The translations under genes and the position numbers were made by a program. The notes beneath the pieces are model-generated. The model searched no databases. It worked only from the letters and a program-made list of their open reading frames with translations, and was not told where the DNA came from. A DNA stretch of 63,705 nucleotides, filler included, from Basidiobolus meristosporus CBS 931.73 (Eukaryota > Fungi > Basidiobolomycota), in the NCBI GenBank assembly GCA_002104905.1. It is 4 parts of 4 records of this genome, joined end to end, with 100 filler letters (N's around TTAATTAATTAA, not from the genome) between each part and the next. Parts side by side here need not be neighbours in the genome. Positions count along the whole stretch, not along the records: positions 1 to 27,457 come from MCFE01000903.1; positions 27,558 to 46,060 come from MCFE01001060.1; 2 more parts are not named here. One strand, written 5' to 3'. Positions 24,267 through 37,531 of this stretch are shown here, one piece after another (the stretch's first letter is position 1; each line of letters opens with the position of its first letter).

Positions 24267-27200
24267 TTAACGTTTTAATTTTGTCAATCTAATAGGTCTA
24301 ATAGCCGGATGATGCGCTTGAGCTGTGGTACTTGATTTGGCTGCTGCGCCCGGTCCGCTTCGAAAATGTCGGGATGTGTGTTCAGTAGTGGCGGTAGTTT
24401 CCAATCTATTTGAGGAAAGGGTTAGAAATTCTGGCTTTTCTTGTTGCCGACCTACGGACAAACCTGGCTGCAGGGCGAAAGCTGGACTCGGTTGTTGCAG
24501 AGCCTCTCATCATATCCGCATATCTACGCGTAATCTCAATGAACTCCTGCCCGTAAGACTCGGCTTTCGTTTTCGTAACCCCTGGGAGATCCATTAGATC
24601 GTTTATCGCTGGAGAATATTCGTCAGTATTATGCTACACCAAACCAAGGTTCATTCAACACTTACTCTCGGGTAACCTTTGCGACATCAATATCAGCACG
24701 CTATCCACGAAAATGGTTCGTGGTTGAACCTGCATTCGGGCACACATCTACGGAGCGAGACTTTGGATGAGTTGAATATCTTTTGAGATAGTATCTCAAG
24801 ATTCCTTACCCCGTTGCGCTTCCCTCTCAGTTCTTCGTAGCATGCTTTCTGCATTGGATCGCTGTTGTTGCTACTCTCGGCAGGGCCGAAGCTCAACCGG
24901 GTTTGATCGTTGTCAACTTGAAGGGGCTCCTCAACTATCTGAGATTTACGGACAGTCTTTCGGATGAGTTTTGACGAGCTGGTATTTGGGGTATCTTTCT
25001 GCTTCTACAATGGGGCTGAGTATGTGCACATATTTCGTGCAGAATGACCGCCAAACTTACCAGTTCTGTCGTTGAAAATTGCATCACGAATTTCTTTCTT
25101 CCATTCAATAGTTGGAACGAGTTCTTCCCACACTGCGAAGCACACTAAGTAAATCCATTCCCTTGTGTACATACGTATGTGTGCTGCTTACCTGTAAATA
25201 GGATGCAATGAAGCCCTGCACCGTCTGCTCACAGCGTTCACTGAGATATTCTTGGAGTACCAGCATTCGGAACAACCTCTCTACATCGTTCCGGTTGAGG
25301 TGTTTTCCTGCGCCATACATGGCCAAATTATCTTGACCCGATCTAACGATTTTTTGGTGCTTCATACCACGGAATATATCCACAGCCTGGATCAATGTTA
25401 TATGTTGATTTTGCACTTCCTGCACTAGTTTGATGGCGCTGATCGCCTCCGACGTCATATCCCGGTCAACATAGGACTCGCGAGAAGTATTGACGCAGTT
25501 GTCACAAGTTTGGTGGCACTCCTTTGGATCGAATCGCTCCCCGAAGTAGGCCAACACTTGTTGTCGACGGCAGTCAGTGCGGTTTTCGCAGAATTGCACG
25601 ACCTGGAACAAGTTGTTTCGCTGCTGCTGCTTCAGCTGCTGGTTCCCGTCGCCTTGCTTGATAAGAAATTCGATGGTTGTCTTGTCCTTGTACGAGTAGA
25701 ATAAGATACAGGCCGCGTGCTTTCCATCTCTGCCTGCACGCCCCGTTTCCTGGTAGTACCCCTCTAAGGACTGCGGCAGAGAGTAATGTATCACAAAACG
25801 AACGTCGGATTTATCAATTCCCATACCAAACGCGATGGTGGCGACGATCACCTGAAGCTTATTCTGTTGCCAATCGGACTGGATTCGGGATCTATCTTCC
25901 TTGTCCAGGCCTGCGTGATAATGCTCCGCTTTCACGTTGTATTCGGTTTTCAACATATATGCAACATCCTCACAAGCTTTCTTGGAAGTACAGTAAATAA
26001 TCCCCGTTTGCTTGGCGTAATTGGCGGTGATGTAGGCATATATGTCGTTGTTGACATTCTTGGTCTTTGGGCGTACCTCATAATAGAGATTTTTTCGATT
26101 GAAGCTTTGGGAGAACGACATGCAGTTCTGAATTCGCAGACTCCCAACAATATCGAGCTGGACTTTGGCGTTGGCGGTTGCGGTTAACGCGATGATAGGG
26201 ACGCCTGGATAGCTTTGTTTTATGTGGCCCAGCGCTTTGTAATCAGGTCGAAAATCATGGCCCCATTGGCTTAAACAATGCGCTTCGTCGATAACAAACC
26301 TTGCCAGGAGTTTACGTCGAAATAGCTTTTGTATAGCCTCTTGAACTTGGTTACTCTTGATCATCATCTCAGGAGTGACGTAGAGGAGTTTTAGCCTTGG
26401 GTCAATTCTCTCAACCTCGCTAAAGATGAATCGTCGCTTTGCCGCATCGGTGTTTCCCGTCAGGCAGGCCGCAGGGATGCCGAGTCGTAACAGATGTTGC
26501 ACTTGATCTTGCATTAAAGAGAGTAGAGGGGAAATCACAAAGGTTACACCTTTAGTCGTGCCCTTGCTTACGATTGCAGGCAACTGGTAACACAAACTCT
26601 TTCCTCCACCAGTTGGCATCAACACGAAGGCGTCTTTACCGCCTAGAGTAGCATTGATGGCCTCCAGTTGATTTTGTCTGAACGATTTGAGCTTGAAAAC
26701 CTGTTTTAATGCTTTGTCGACATCTTTGGACCAGGGGTACGAAGGAAGCTTCGGCTTGACTTCGATTGACTGAGAGCTTGGTAGGTTTGATGTGGTTCTT
26801 GGCTGGGATGGGTCGTTAGGTGCTTGAAAGCTGTTGTGATGATTTGTGCTGGCTGGGGCAGGTTCGAGATTCGATATGCTCTGGTTTGGCGGGGTTGCTG
26901 GAATGCGGTATCGGATCGAAACCTCGATTATCCGCCAAAAACATCTCGTCATGTAATTGTGAAGGATCGGTTGGCTCGCCTGTATCAATATCCTCTATAG
27001 ATTGAGTTCTCCATTGGGAAGTTGTCCGAGCGTGTATGTGTTCTGTGTATATGTTGTTCAGCGCCATTTTGGAGGAATGGAGCATTGTGGCTCGATTTGT
27101 AACGATTCTTCGAACGAAACATTTGACATCATGCTTGGAGTACGCGAGTTGGCAGATTGCTATGTGACCGGTTGTTAGTAAGACACTCGACGTCGCCAAG

Positions 27201-27457
27201 TGCGAAAAAGTACACTCACATGGCTGGTTGAGCGCATTTCTTCAAGGATTTTTTCAACTGTCTTTATCTGATTCACCAACTGCGATCTAAGTCAACCAAA
27301 GATTAGCATTTGCGAACGTCTCAAACACGGGATGCAAAATACCTTTCAGTCTTCAATCTTCTGCGTAAATTCATATTGGCATCGGATTCAGCTTCATCGT
27401 CGAGGTCACATATTCGATCACTAATCTCGCACTTCTCCATTTATACGTCCGCAGCAG
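24267..27457 (-). CDS. SGS1: RecQ-family DNA helicase (Sgs1/Rqh1/BLM-like), multi-exon, 5' end lost in gap
   Basis: MPTGGGKSLCYQLP, DEAHCLSQWGHDFRPDY, VATIAFGMGIDK, YYQETGRAGRDG; RQC Zn motif CRR...CDNC; HRDC (MSQRLPETINDLMDLPG) in spliced 3' exons; ~57-60-nt introns, e.g. 25133-25191. Confidence 0.95.
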
Positions 27458-27557
27458 NNNNNNNNNNNNNNNNNNNNNNNNNNNNNNNNNNNNNNNNNNN
27501 NTTAATTAATTAANNNNNNNNNNNNNNNNNNNNNNNNNNNNNNNNNNNNNNNNNNNN
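27458..27557. other. Artificial 100-nt scaffold spacer (44N + TTAATTAATTAA + 44N)
   Basis: Identical layout at three places; the palindromic 12-mer has stops in all six frames. Confidence 0.97.
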
Positions 27558-27618
27558 CAGAAATTCCTTACTACAACAATGCTGTCTGGAGTAGAAATAA
27601 AACTGTAATCAACAGAAT

Positions 27619-27997
27619 AATTGTAAAAACTTGTAATTCCACCTAAATATTCACCTAACTTAGTCACTTAGATCATTACCTTCAAGTCCTAGAGAATACT
27701 GACCAAGTTCCTTATTGGGATTTACTTAGAATATATACCCAGAACATGAAAATTAGATAAGTTATCCAAACAGCTTCAAACTTTGCACACATGTTCTTGG
27801 GACCTTGCTTGACCTAATATATGTGTTTGTTATGCCAAGACCATGTAAAAGTATAAATACTACTTTTACATTCAATAAATCATTAAGTGAAAACCACATA
27901 ATCTACCTGTCCTCCCAATCACTTCCAATATCTCCAAGACTCTTACAACAAAAGTTACCCTGCTAGTGAATAAGATGGAATCTGTGGATGTACCAAC
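27619..27997 (+). mobile_element. Older copia-A copy: LTR 27619-27950 fused to an internal gag piece; continues at 31996-32321
   Basis: LTR end joined directly to gag ...TLLV..MESV.VPT, which resumes TDEDVIVTILNS after the A3 TSD. Confidence 0.88.
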
Positions 27998-30900
27998 TGT
28001 TGTAAAAATTTGTATTTCCACCTAAATATTCACCTAACTTAGTCACTTAGATCATCACCTTCAAATCTTAGAGAATACTGACCAAATTCCTTGTTGGGAT
28101 TTACTTGGAATATTTTCACCAAAATACCAGGTACCCAGAACATGAAAATTTGATAAGTTGTCCAAACAGCCCCAAACTTTGCACACATGTTCTTGGGACC
28201 TTGCTTGCCCTAATATATGTCTTTGTTATGCCAAGACCATGTAAAAGTATAAATACTACTTTTACATTCAATAAATCATTAAGTGAAAACCACATAATCT
28301 ACTTGTTCTCCAAATCACTTCCAATATCTCCAAGACTCTTACAACAGGCTATGAGCCCCAAGCTGTCACTCTCTGCAATGTCTACTACTGCTATTACTGG
28401 AATTTTCCCTCTGCTGAAAAGTTGGATGGATCTAACTACCAAGTGTGGAAGATGAAGATAAAGATGCTGCTACAAGAAAGAGGCCTTTGGCATATTGTCA
28501 TGGGAGAAGAATGTCCTCCAAAAAATGTGGGAGAGGAAGCCTTAAAGTACCAGAAGAAAGAACAATGTGCCTTTAACTGCATTTGCCTTAATGTGAAGGA
28601 CAAATTGCTAATTCATTGCTCAAGAGCAAAAACGGCAAAGAATGCCTGGAAAGCATTAGAGGACACCTACCAGTCATGTTCTGCTGCTAAGAAGATGTAT
28701 CTGAGACAAAAATTCTTTACTACAAAGATGCTGCCAGGAGAAGAAATGAAAAATCTAATTAACAGAATTATCCTGCTAGTAGATGAGATGGAATCTGTGG
28801 GTGTACCAACTACTGATGAGGATGTGATAGTTACCATCCTGAATAGCCTGACAGACAAGTTTCAGGGCCTTGTATCAGCCCTAGAGTCCAGAACTGATAA
28901 TTTGACCTTAAATTTTGTATATGGAAGGCTCCTGGATGAAGAATTAAGAAAATCAAGCGCCAATAAGAAGGAAGAAGAAAATGCTTTAATAAGCAATGAT
29001 AACCTACAAAGGAGGTACCCAAGACCCTACAAAGGCAACAGCAACCTGTTTTGCAACTACTGCAAAAGGAAAGGACACACATCAGACCGGTGTCTCAAAA
29101 AGAAAGATAATCAGCAAAAGAAGCCTGAATATGGAAATGCTGCAACAACTGAAGATAGACTATTCATATCTGCACTAAATATGCCCACAAACAAGGATTC
29201 TCAGACGTGGTATATTGACTCTGGAGCATCTCAACACTTTACACACCAAAAAGAACTTTTTACCCAATATCAAGAAATTCCAATTGAGAAGGTTTTCATG
29301 GGTGACAATAGAACACTTGAGGCAGTGGGAGAAGGAACTATCCAAGTAAACCTTAGAAGCAGTGAAGGAAGCCATACACTGACCTTTAAAGAAGTACTTT
29401 AGGAACCAGAAATAGCCAAGAACCTACTATCTGTAAGCAAGGCCACAGCAGAAGGACTCAGTTTCAGTTTTGACAATTCTGGATGCAGAATCACTGATCA
29501 AAATGGTGCTCATATTGCTTTGGGCATCAGAGATCAGAATCTATACAGGTTGACTTATATTCCATCATATCTGGAAGCCAATATAAGTAACTTAAATGAA
29601 GAAACACCAATGCTTTGGCACAGGAGATTTGGGCACATCAATTTTGATTATTTGCGCAAAATGATCAAAGATCAGCTAATTTCTGGAGTGAAAATTGATC
29701 CCCCAGCTAATTTGGAGCACTGTGAAGCCTGCATATATGGGAAACAAGCCAGACAACTGTTCAAGAGCTCTGGGTTAATCAAAACTAAGAAAAAATTAGA
29801 TCTAATTCACTCAGATCTGTGTGGACCTATGCAGAAATTTATCCTTAGGCGGGATGAAGTATTTAATCACTTTTATTGATGATTATACAAGATACACATG
29901 AGTCTACTTCATGGAGAGAAAGGAAGAAGCTCTGTCTAAGCTCAGGGAGTTTAAAGCCATGGTGGAGAGAGAAACCGGTGAAAAAATCAAGAAAATACGC
30001 TCTGACAATGGTGGAGAATATACCTCAAAACTCTTCATCCACTTCTGCAAAATTCATGGGATAAAGCAAGAGAATACTGTACCATACTCCCCACAGCAAT
30101 ATGGAGTAGCAGAACAAGCTAACAGATCAATAATTGATATGGCAAGATCTATGATCCATGATCAAAAATTATCCTATGATTTTTCAGCCAGAATCAGTGC
30201 CCAGGAATGTCCCAGAAGTGATCATTCCAGTATCAAATGCCCGGAGATCCAATTGGACAAGAAATAGCCCAAATTACTATATTAATGAGGGTACAAACTT
30301 AGCCTATGCCTATTCAGTCCATATTGATGAACCCCAGACTGTAAAAGAGGCCCTAAATAGCCCTCAGACAAAGTTTTGGAGATCTGCAATGACTGAGGAA
30401 TATCAGGCACTGATGGAAAATCAAACTTGGGACTTAGTCAAATTACCAATCAACCAAAAATCAATTGGATGCAGATGGGTCTTCAAGACAAAATACAAGG
30501 CTGATGGTACAATTGAAAGATACAAAGCAAGACTTGTAGCCAAAGGATACTCTCAAACAAAAGGACTTGACTATACTGAGACCTTTGCACCGGTAGCCAA
30601 GTTTAATTCCATTAGATTAATATTGGCTATTGCAGCCAAGTATAAGTTTTTTATTCATCAAATGGATGTAAAAACTGCATATTTGAATGGAGAACTTGAT
30701 GAGGACGTGTATATGGACCAGCCTGATGGGTTTGTTGACCAAGATAACCCCCATTTGGTCTGCAAGCTTAAAAAGTCACTATATGGTCTCAAACAATCAC
30801 CAAGAGCCTGGAATTGCAAGATAGATTCTTATTTGGAATCTTTGAGTTTCAAAAGGAGTATTGCTGACTATAGTATATACTATAAGCCAGATAGAGCAAA

Positions 30901-31995
30901 TCCAGTTCTATTAGCTCTATATGTGGATGATCTTATTATAGCTGCCAATAACCTAGAAACATTGGAAGAGACTAAATCCAGCCTATCTAAGGAGTTCAAG
31001 ATGTCCAATCTAGGAGAACTTAGTTACTACTTAGGGATTAAGTTCTCCATAGACAGAAGTACCCAGACTATTACCCTAAGCCAATCCAAGTATATTCAAG
31101 ATATACTAAAGAAGTACAAAATGGAAGACTGTAAACCGGCAGCTACCCCAATGAAGACAAACCTTAACTTGGTCAAAACTCAACCAAATCAAGAGAGCTT
31201 GGTGCCATCTGAAAGCCCTGGCTTTCCTTATCAATCTATGGTCGGTAGTCTGATGTATACCATGCTTGGAACACGTCCAGATATCTCATATTCAGTGGGA
31301 GTTGTCAGCCAACATAATCAGAATTATGGATCTGATCATATTGCAGCAGTTAAGCGGATTTTTAGATACCTAAAAGGAGCTGCTGATATCTGCTTAAGAT
31401 ACACTTATAAGGATTCAGAACAGGATCTTGTGGGATACTCTGATGCTGATTGGGGACAAAATTTGGAAGACAGAAGATCCACCACAGGATATACCTTTCT
31501 TTACTGTAAAGGAGCCATTTCATGGAATTCAAGAAAGCAACCAACCGCAGCACTTTCTACTACAGAGGCAGAGTATATGGCAGCCTGTGAAGCTACAAAA
31601 GAAGCAAATTAGGACTAGTCAGTATGAACATTTAGCTGAGTGGGAGTGTTGTAAAAATTTGTATTTCCACCTAAATATTCACCTAACTTAGTCACTTAGA
31701 TCATCACCTTCAAATCCTAGAGAATACTGACCAAATTCCTTGTCAGGATTTACTTAGAATATGTTCACCAAAATACCAGGTACCCAGAACATGAAAATTT
31801 GATAAGTTGTCCAAACAGCCCCAAACTTTGCACACATGTTCTTGGGACCTTCCTTAACCTATTCTACATGTTTGTAATGCCAAGACCAGGTAAAAGTATA
31901 AATACTACTTTTACATTCAATAAATCATTAAGTGAAAACCACATAATCTACTTGTTCTCCAAATCACTTCCAATATCTCCAAGACTCTTACAACA
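27998..31995 (+). mobile_element. Ty1/copia family A copy 3, internally deleted (3998 bp)
   Basis: LTRs 27998-28346 and 31647-31995; TSD CCAAC; PBS GGCTATGAGCCCC. Relative to A2 it lacks ~420 bp of the integrase end (junction ~30185) and ~265 bp of RNase H (junction ~31608). Confidence 0.96.
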
Positions 31996-32321
31996 CCAAC
32001 TACTGATGAGGATGTGATAGTTACCATCCTGAATAGCCTTACAGACAAGTTTCAAGACCTTGTATCAGCCCTAGAGTCCTGAGCTAAAGATTTAATCATA
32101 AGTTTTATAGATGGAAGGCTCATGGATGAGTAATTAAGAACATCAAGCCCCAATAAGAAGGAAGAAGAAAATGCATTAATTGGCAATGATAACCAGCAAA
32201 GGAGATATTCAAGACCCTTTAGAGACAAGAACAACCTGTTTTGCAACTATTGCAAAAGGAAAGATCACACATTAGACTGGTGCCTCAAGAAGAGTGATAT
32301 TCAACTAAAGAAGCATGAATA

Positions 32322-33598
32322 TGTTGTGAAATTTGTAGTTCCACCTATATATTCACCTAACTTTGTTGCTTAGATCATTACCTCCAAATCCTAGACAGTA
32401 CTGACCAAAATCCTTGTTGGGATTTACTTAGAATATTTTCACCAAAATATCAGGTACCCAGAACATGTAAATTAGATAAGTTGTTTAAACAGCCCCAAAC
32501 TAAGCATACATGCTCCTGGGACCTTCCTAAGCCTATTTTACATGTTTCTTATGGCAAGACTGTGTAAAGGTATGAATACTACTTTTTCATCCAATAAATC
32601 ATTGAGTGAAAACAACATAATCTACTTGTTCTCCAAATCACTTCCAATATCTCCAAGACTCTTACAGCAGGTTATGAGCCTCAAACCATCACTCACTGCA
32701 ATGTCTACTACTGCTATTACTGGAATTCTTCCCTATGCTGAAAAGTTGGATGTATCTGACCACCATGTGTGGGAGGTGAAGATGAAGATGCTGCTGGATA
32801 AAAGAGGCCTTTGGGATATTGATGTAGGCAAAGAATGCCCTTCTCAAGAAGTGGGTGAAGAACTCTTAAAGTACAAGAAGAAAGAACAAAGTGCCTTTAA
32901 CTGCATTTGTCTTAATGACAAAGAGAAATTGATAATTCAATGATCAAGAGCAAAAAGGCAAAGAATTCCAGGAAGGCATTAGAAGACACCTACCAGGCAA
33001 GTTCAGCTGCTACAAAAATGTATCTTAGATGAAAATTCTTTACTACAAAGATGCTGCCAGGAAAAGAAATGAAGAATCTAATTAACAGAACTACCCTGCC
33101 AGTGGATAAGATGGAATTTATGTGTGTACTAGCTACTGATGAGGATGTAAAAATAACCATCCTGAATAGCCTGACAGACAAGTTTCAGGGCCTTGTTTCA
33201 GTCCTAGAGTCCAGAACTGAAGATTTGACCTTAAAATATGTATATGGAAGGCTCCTAGATGAAGAACTAAGAAAATCAAGTGCCAAATAAAAGGGAGCAA
33301 AGAATGCTTTTATAAGCAATGACAACCAACAAAGAAGATACCAAAGACCTTTTAAAGGCAATAGTAACCTGTGTTGCAACTACTGCAAAAGGAAAGGACA
33401 CGCATCAGACCTGTGCTTGAAAAGAGAGATAGACAGCAGAAAAAGCCCCAATATCAATATACTGCAACAACTAATGATAGACTATTCATATCTGCACTAA
33501 ATATGACCACAAAAAAGGATTTGAGATGTGGTATATTGACTATGGAGCATCACAACACTTCACACGCCAAAAAGAACTCTTTACCCAATATCAAGAAG
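32322..33598 (+). mobile_element. 3'-truncated copia-A copy (5' LTR 32322-32669, PBS, decayed gag)
   Basis: 348-bp LTR followed by GGTTATGAGCC; gag fragments; abruptly joined to Ty3 gag. Confidence 0.9.
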
Positions 33599-33993
33599 CT
33601 ACAAATTTTGATAAGCCAATTCCAAGATGGCCTCAATGATGAAGTTTGTGATCTGCTACTCACACTCCCAGATCCAGATACATTGGTTGAAGCTATGCAC
33701 CAAGCAATCCGGTGTGATAACAGACTATTCTAGAAGAAGCAAAAGAACTGTTAAAGACACATTCCTGTTGCAGTCCCAGCCCCTCCTGCTCCCCAAGTCA
33801 CTCCAGAAGATCCTATGCAGATTGATAGTGCCAATTACAAGAAACTATCAAAGAGTGAAAAGTCCAGATGTCAACAAGCCAACATCTTTCTATACTGTGG
33901 CCAACCAGGTCACTTTGCCAAGTCCTGCCCCAACAAGAAGTCCAGCTTCAAGCTGATGCAGTCCTCCGGTAACCAACCTGATTCAGATCTGTT

Positions 33994-34000
33994 GGGAAAC
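33994..34000 (+). promoter_or_regulatory. -1 ribosomal frameshift heptamer G GGA AAC (gag to pol)
   Basis: X XXY YYZ in the gag phase; a -1 slip gives GKLQCTVALTGLQLD in the protease frame. Confidence 0.8.
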
Positions 34001-37000
34001 TCCAATGTACAGTTGCACTGACAGGCTTGCAACTGGACCCACCCATGAAAATCCAGCATATCCAAGAATCTTCCTTTGCCACACAATCTATCCAGTCCTT
34101 AAGAATGTCTGTCAAGATCCAGATCCCTGACTCCAGTCCTGTCCCAGTCCTAGCACTGATTGATTCCGGTGCTTCATCCTGTTTCATTGACTAAGCCTTT
34201 GTCCAGAAACACTCTATTCCTGTTACCTTGATATCCTGTCCAGTCCAAGTAGAAGTTATTTATGGAAGATCACTCTCCTCTGGTGCCATTACCCATGAAA
34301 CATGCTTACTCCAGCTGTCCAGTACTGCTCACCAAGAAAGAATTGCCTTTAACACCATCAACTCACCACACTATCCTATTGTGCTTGGAAGCTCATGGCT
34401 GAGCTACCACAATCCAAGTATAGACTGGAAATCCAAGATCCTGTCATTCACCAGATCCCACCAAGTCAACTCCCTGAAATCTCCAGACCCTGATAACCGT
34501 GAAAAGACTGTTGCCAACAGTTCAACAGCCCAAGATACCTTGCCAGCCAAAAGAGCCCCCTCAGCAACTATACCAGCTAAGTACCAGGAGCTTGCCCATG
34601 TCTTTGACAAGAAGAAAGCAGAACTCCTCCCTGACCATTGGCCTTATGACTGCCCTATTGACCTTGAAGATGCAAAGGTCCCTCCATTTGGCCCAATATA
34701 TAACCTCTCCCAGCTGGAGTTGAAAAAACTCAATAGTTATATTCAAGAAAACCTCCAGAAGGGTTTTATTCAGCACTCCAAATCACCTACTGGAGCCCCA
34801 ATCCTCTTTGTCAAGAAGAAGGATGGCACCCTCAGAATGTGTGTAGACTACCGTGCTTTGAATAAGATCACAGTCACAAACCACTACCCCCTGCCCCTGA
34901 TCAACACACTGTTGGATCAGCTACCTGCTGCCCAAGTCTGCACCAAGATACACTTGAGAGGAGCTTACAATCTTGTCAGAATCAAGCCTGGTGATGAATG
35001 GAAAACTGCCTTTTGCACAAGATATGGTCACTTTGAGTACAAAGTAATGCCATTTGGCCTCACCAATGCCCCTGCTGTGTTTCAACACCTCATGAACAAC
35101 ATATTCCGTGGATACCTTGACCAGTTTGTGGTAGTCTACCTTGATGATATTCTCATATACTCCAAGAGCCAAGATGAACATGATGAACATGTCAAGAAAG
35201 TATTGAGAAAACTAGACTCTGCCGGTCTCTATGCCAAGCTAGAGAAGTGTGAATTTGACCAGAGAGAAGTGGAGTTTTTTGGTTACCTCACAGCCCTGAA
35301 AGAACAAGAATGGACCCAAAGAAAGCTGACTCAGTCTAATCCTGGAAAACTCCAAGCTCAGTCAAGGAAGTACAGTCCTTCCTGGGATTTGCCAACTTCT
35401 ATTGCAGGCTCATAGCCAACTACTCCAAGATAGTCACCCCTCTGACAAAGCTTACCCAGAAGAACACACCTTTTGCCTGGAATGAGGAGCAATCCACCTC
35501 ATTCAACCAACTCAAGAAATCTTTCCTGAAGGCCCCCCTGCTTGCCCACCCTAACCTTGAGAAGCAATTCATAATAGAGAGTGATGCTTCTGATTTTGCC
35601 CTTGGTGCCATACTCTCCCAGTATGATGAAGACAATGTGTTGCACCCCATTTCATTCTGCTCTTGGAAGTTTTCCCCTGCAGAGATCAACTATGATTTCT
35701 ATGATGAGGAGTTGCTTGCCATCATTGTAGCCTTTGAGCAATGGAGACACTACCTGGATGGTGCAAAACAAAAAATCAAAGTCTTCTGTGATCAAAAGAA
35801 CCTCAAGTACTTTGCAACTTCCAAAGTACTAAACTGGAGACAAGCCAGATGGTCACTCTTCCTGTCCAGCTTTGACTTTACTATCACCTATAGACCTGGT
35901 GCAAAGCAAGGAAAGTCTGATGCCCTGTCCAGAAAAAAGGAATATGCCCTGGAAGAGGGAGATGATGCATGTTGGCAAATGGAACACCCATTGCTGAGCA
36001 AGAAACAATTTGAGATTCTTGCCACCCAGTCCTCAAGTCTTGTCATCCCTTCATTCCTAGTAAGGATATCAGAATCCCAATCCTCTAATATGACTTCCAG
36101 CACTGTCAAGAAATATCTGGAATCCCCAGTTGGGCCCCCTTGCAAGTTCCCAAACATCCTGAACCTGCATTTGGTAAACAACCTCATCTACCACAAGCAG
36201 CAGCTTTATGTCCCAGACCTTGCCACCCAGCTAGACATCATTAAGTCTTGGCATGATTCAATGGCTGTAGGCCAATTTGTTACTGCCAAAATCTTGAATG
36301 CTATCCAAAGAGATTTCTGGTGGCCTAGAATGATAACTCTTATCAAAGAGTACATTCTAACTTGTGATATTTCTAACCGTGCAAAACCAGCCAGACACCA
36401 GCCCTATGGACTTCTTCAGCCCTTGCCTATCCCAGAACACCAATGGAGATCTATATCGATGGACTTCATTACTGACCTCCCTGAGTCCTGTGGCTTCAAT
36501 GCTATACTTGTAGTAGCTGACCCGCTTACCAAGATAGCTCACTTTATCCCTTGCTGTAAGAACACTGATGCAAAAGAAACCACTGCATTAGTCCTCAAGA
36601 ATATTTTCTGCCTTCATGGTATCCCCGTGATATTGTGACGGATAGAGGCCCACAGTTTGTGTCCAAGTTTTGGAAACACTTCATGCAATACCTTAGTGTT
36701 CAAGTCAAACTCTCCACTGCCTTCCATCCTCAATCTGATGGCCAGACTAAAAGAATCAACCAGATTCTAGAGCAATACCTCCAGTGCTATATCAATTACC
36801 AGCAAGACAATTGGGTTGATCTACTCCCTGTTGCGGAGTTTGCCTACAACAACTCAAGCCATAGTGCAACCAGTTCTACACCATTCCATGCAAGCTATGG
36901 ATTCCACCCTCAGTTTGATATCCAGATTCCAACAAATGCAATGAGCCCACATGCGGATGAACATGCCCAAGCAATCCAGGACATCCAGAATACCCTCAAG

Positions 37001-37531
37001 GAAGAGCTATCCTTAGCTCAGGAAAGCTACAAGAAATTTGCCAATCCAAAACGGCATCCCAGCCCTGATCTTAATGAAGGAGATTCTGTATGGTTGCTCA
37101 GAAGAATCATCAGCACCAACCGCCCTTGTGACAAATTGGATTTCAAGAAACTTGGTCCCTTCAAGATCAAGATGAAGCTTAGCCCAATAGTACAGTTACT
37201 AGCAAGTATGAAAATCTATGATACTTTCCATGTGTCCCTCCTGGAGCCGTATTGCAGGAACACCTTGCCAAACTGGCAAGAAGCAAAGCCCCAAGCCATC
37301 CAGGTTGACCAACATCAAGAATTTGAAGTTAAACAGATTCTAGACTCCAAGTATATCCAGTCAAAGCTGTACTACTTAATAGACTGGATTGGTTATGGTC
37401 CAAGTGACCAAACATGGGAACCAGCTACCCATCTCACTAATTGTCAAGAACTAATTACCCAGTTCCACCAGCAATATCCTGCAAAACCTGCCCTAAAGGG
37501 AAACAGAGCTTTGCCTGGAAGAGGAGAATAG

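Noticed and set aside
27502-27513. Palindromic TTAATTAATTAA as a homeodomain site or biological motif (also 46105 and 56040)
   Set aside because: Always centred in a fixed 100-nt N run: an assembly linker.
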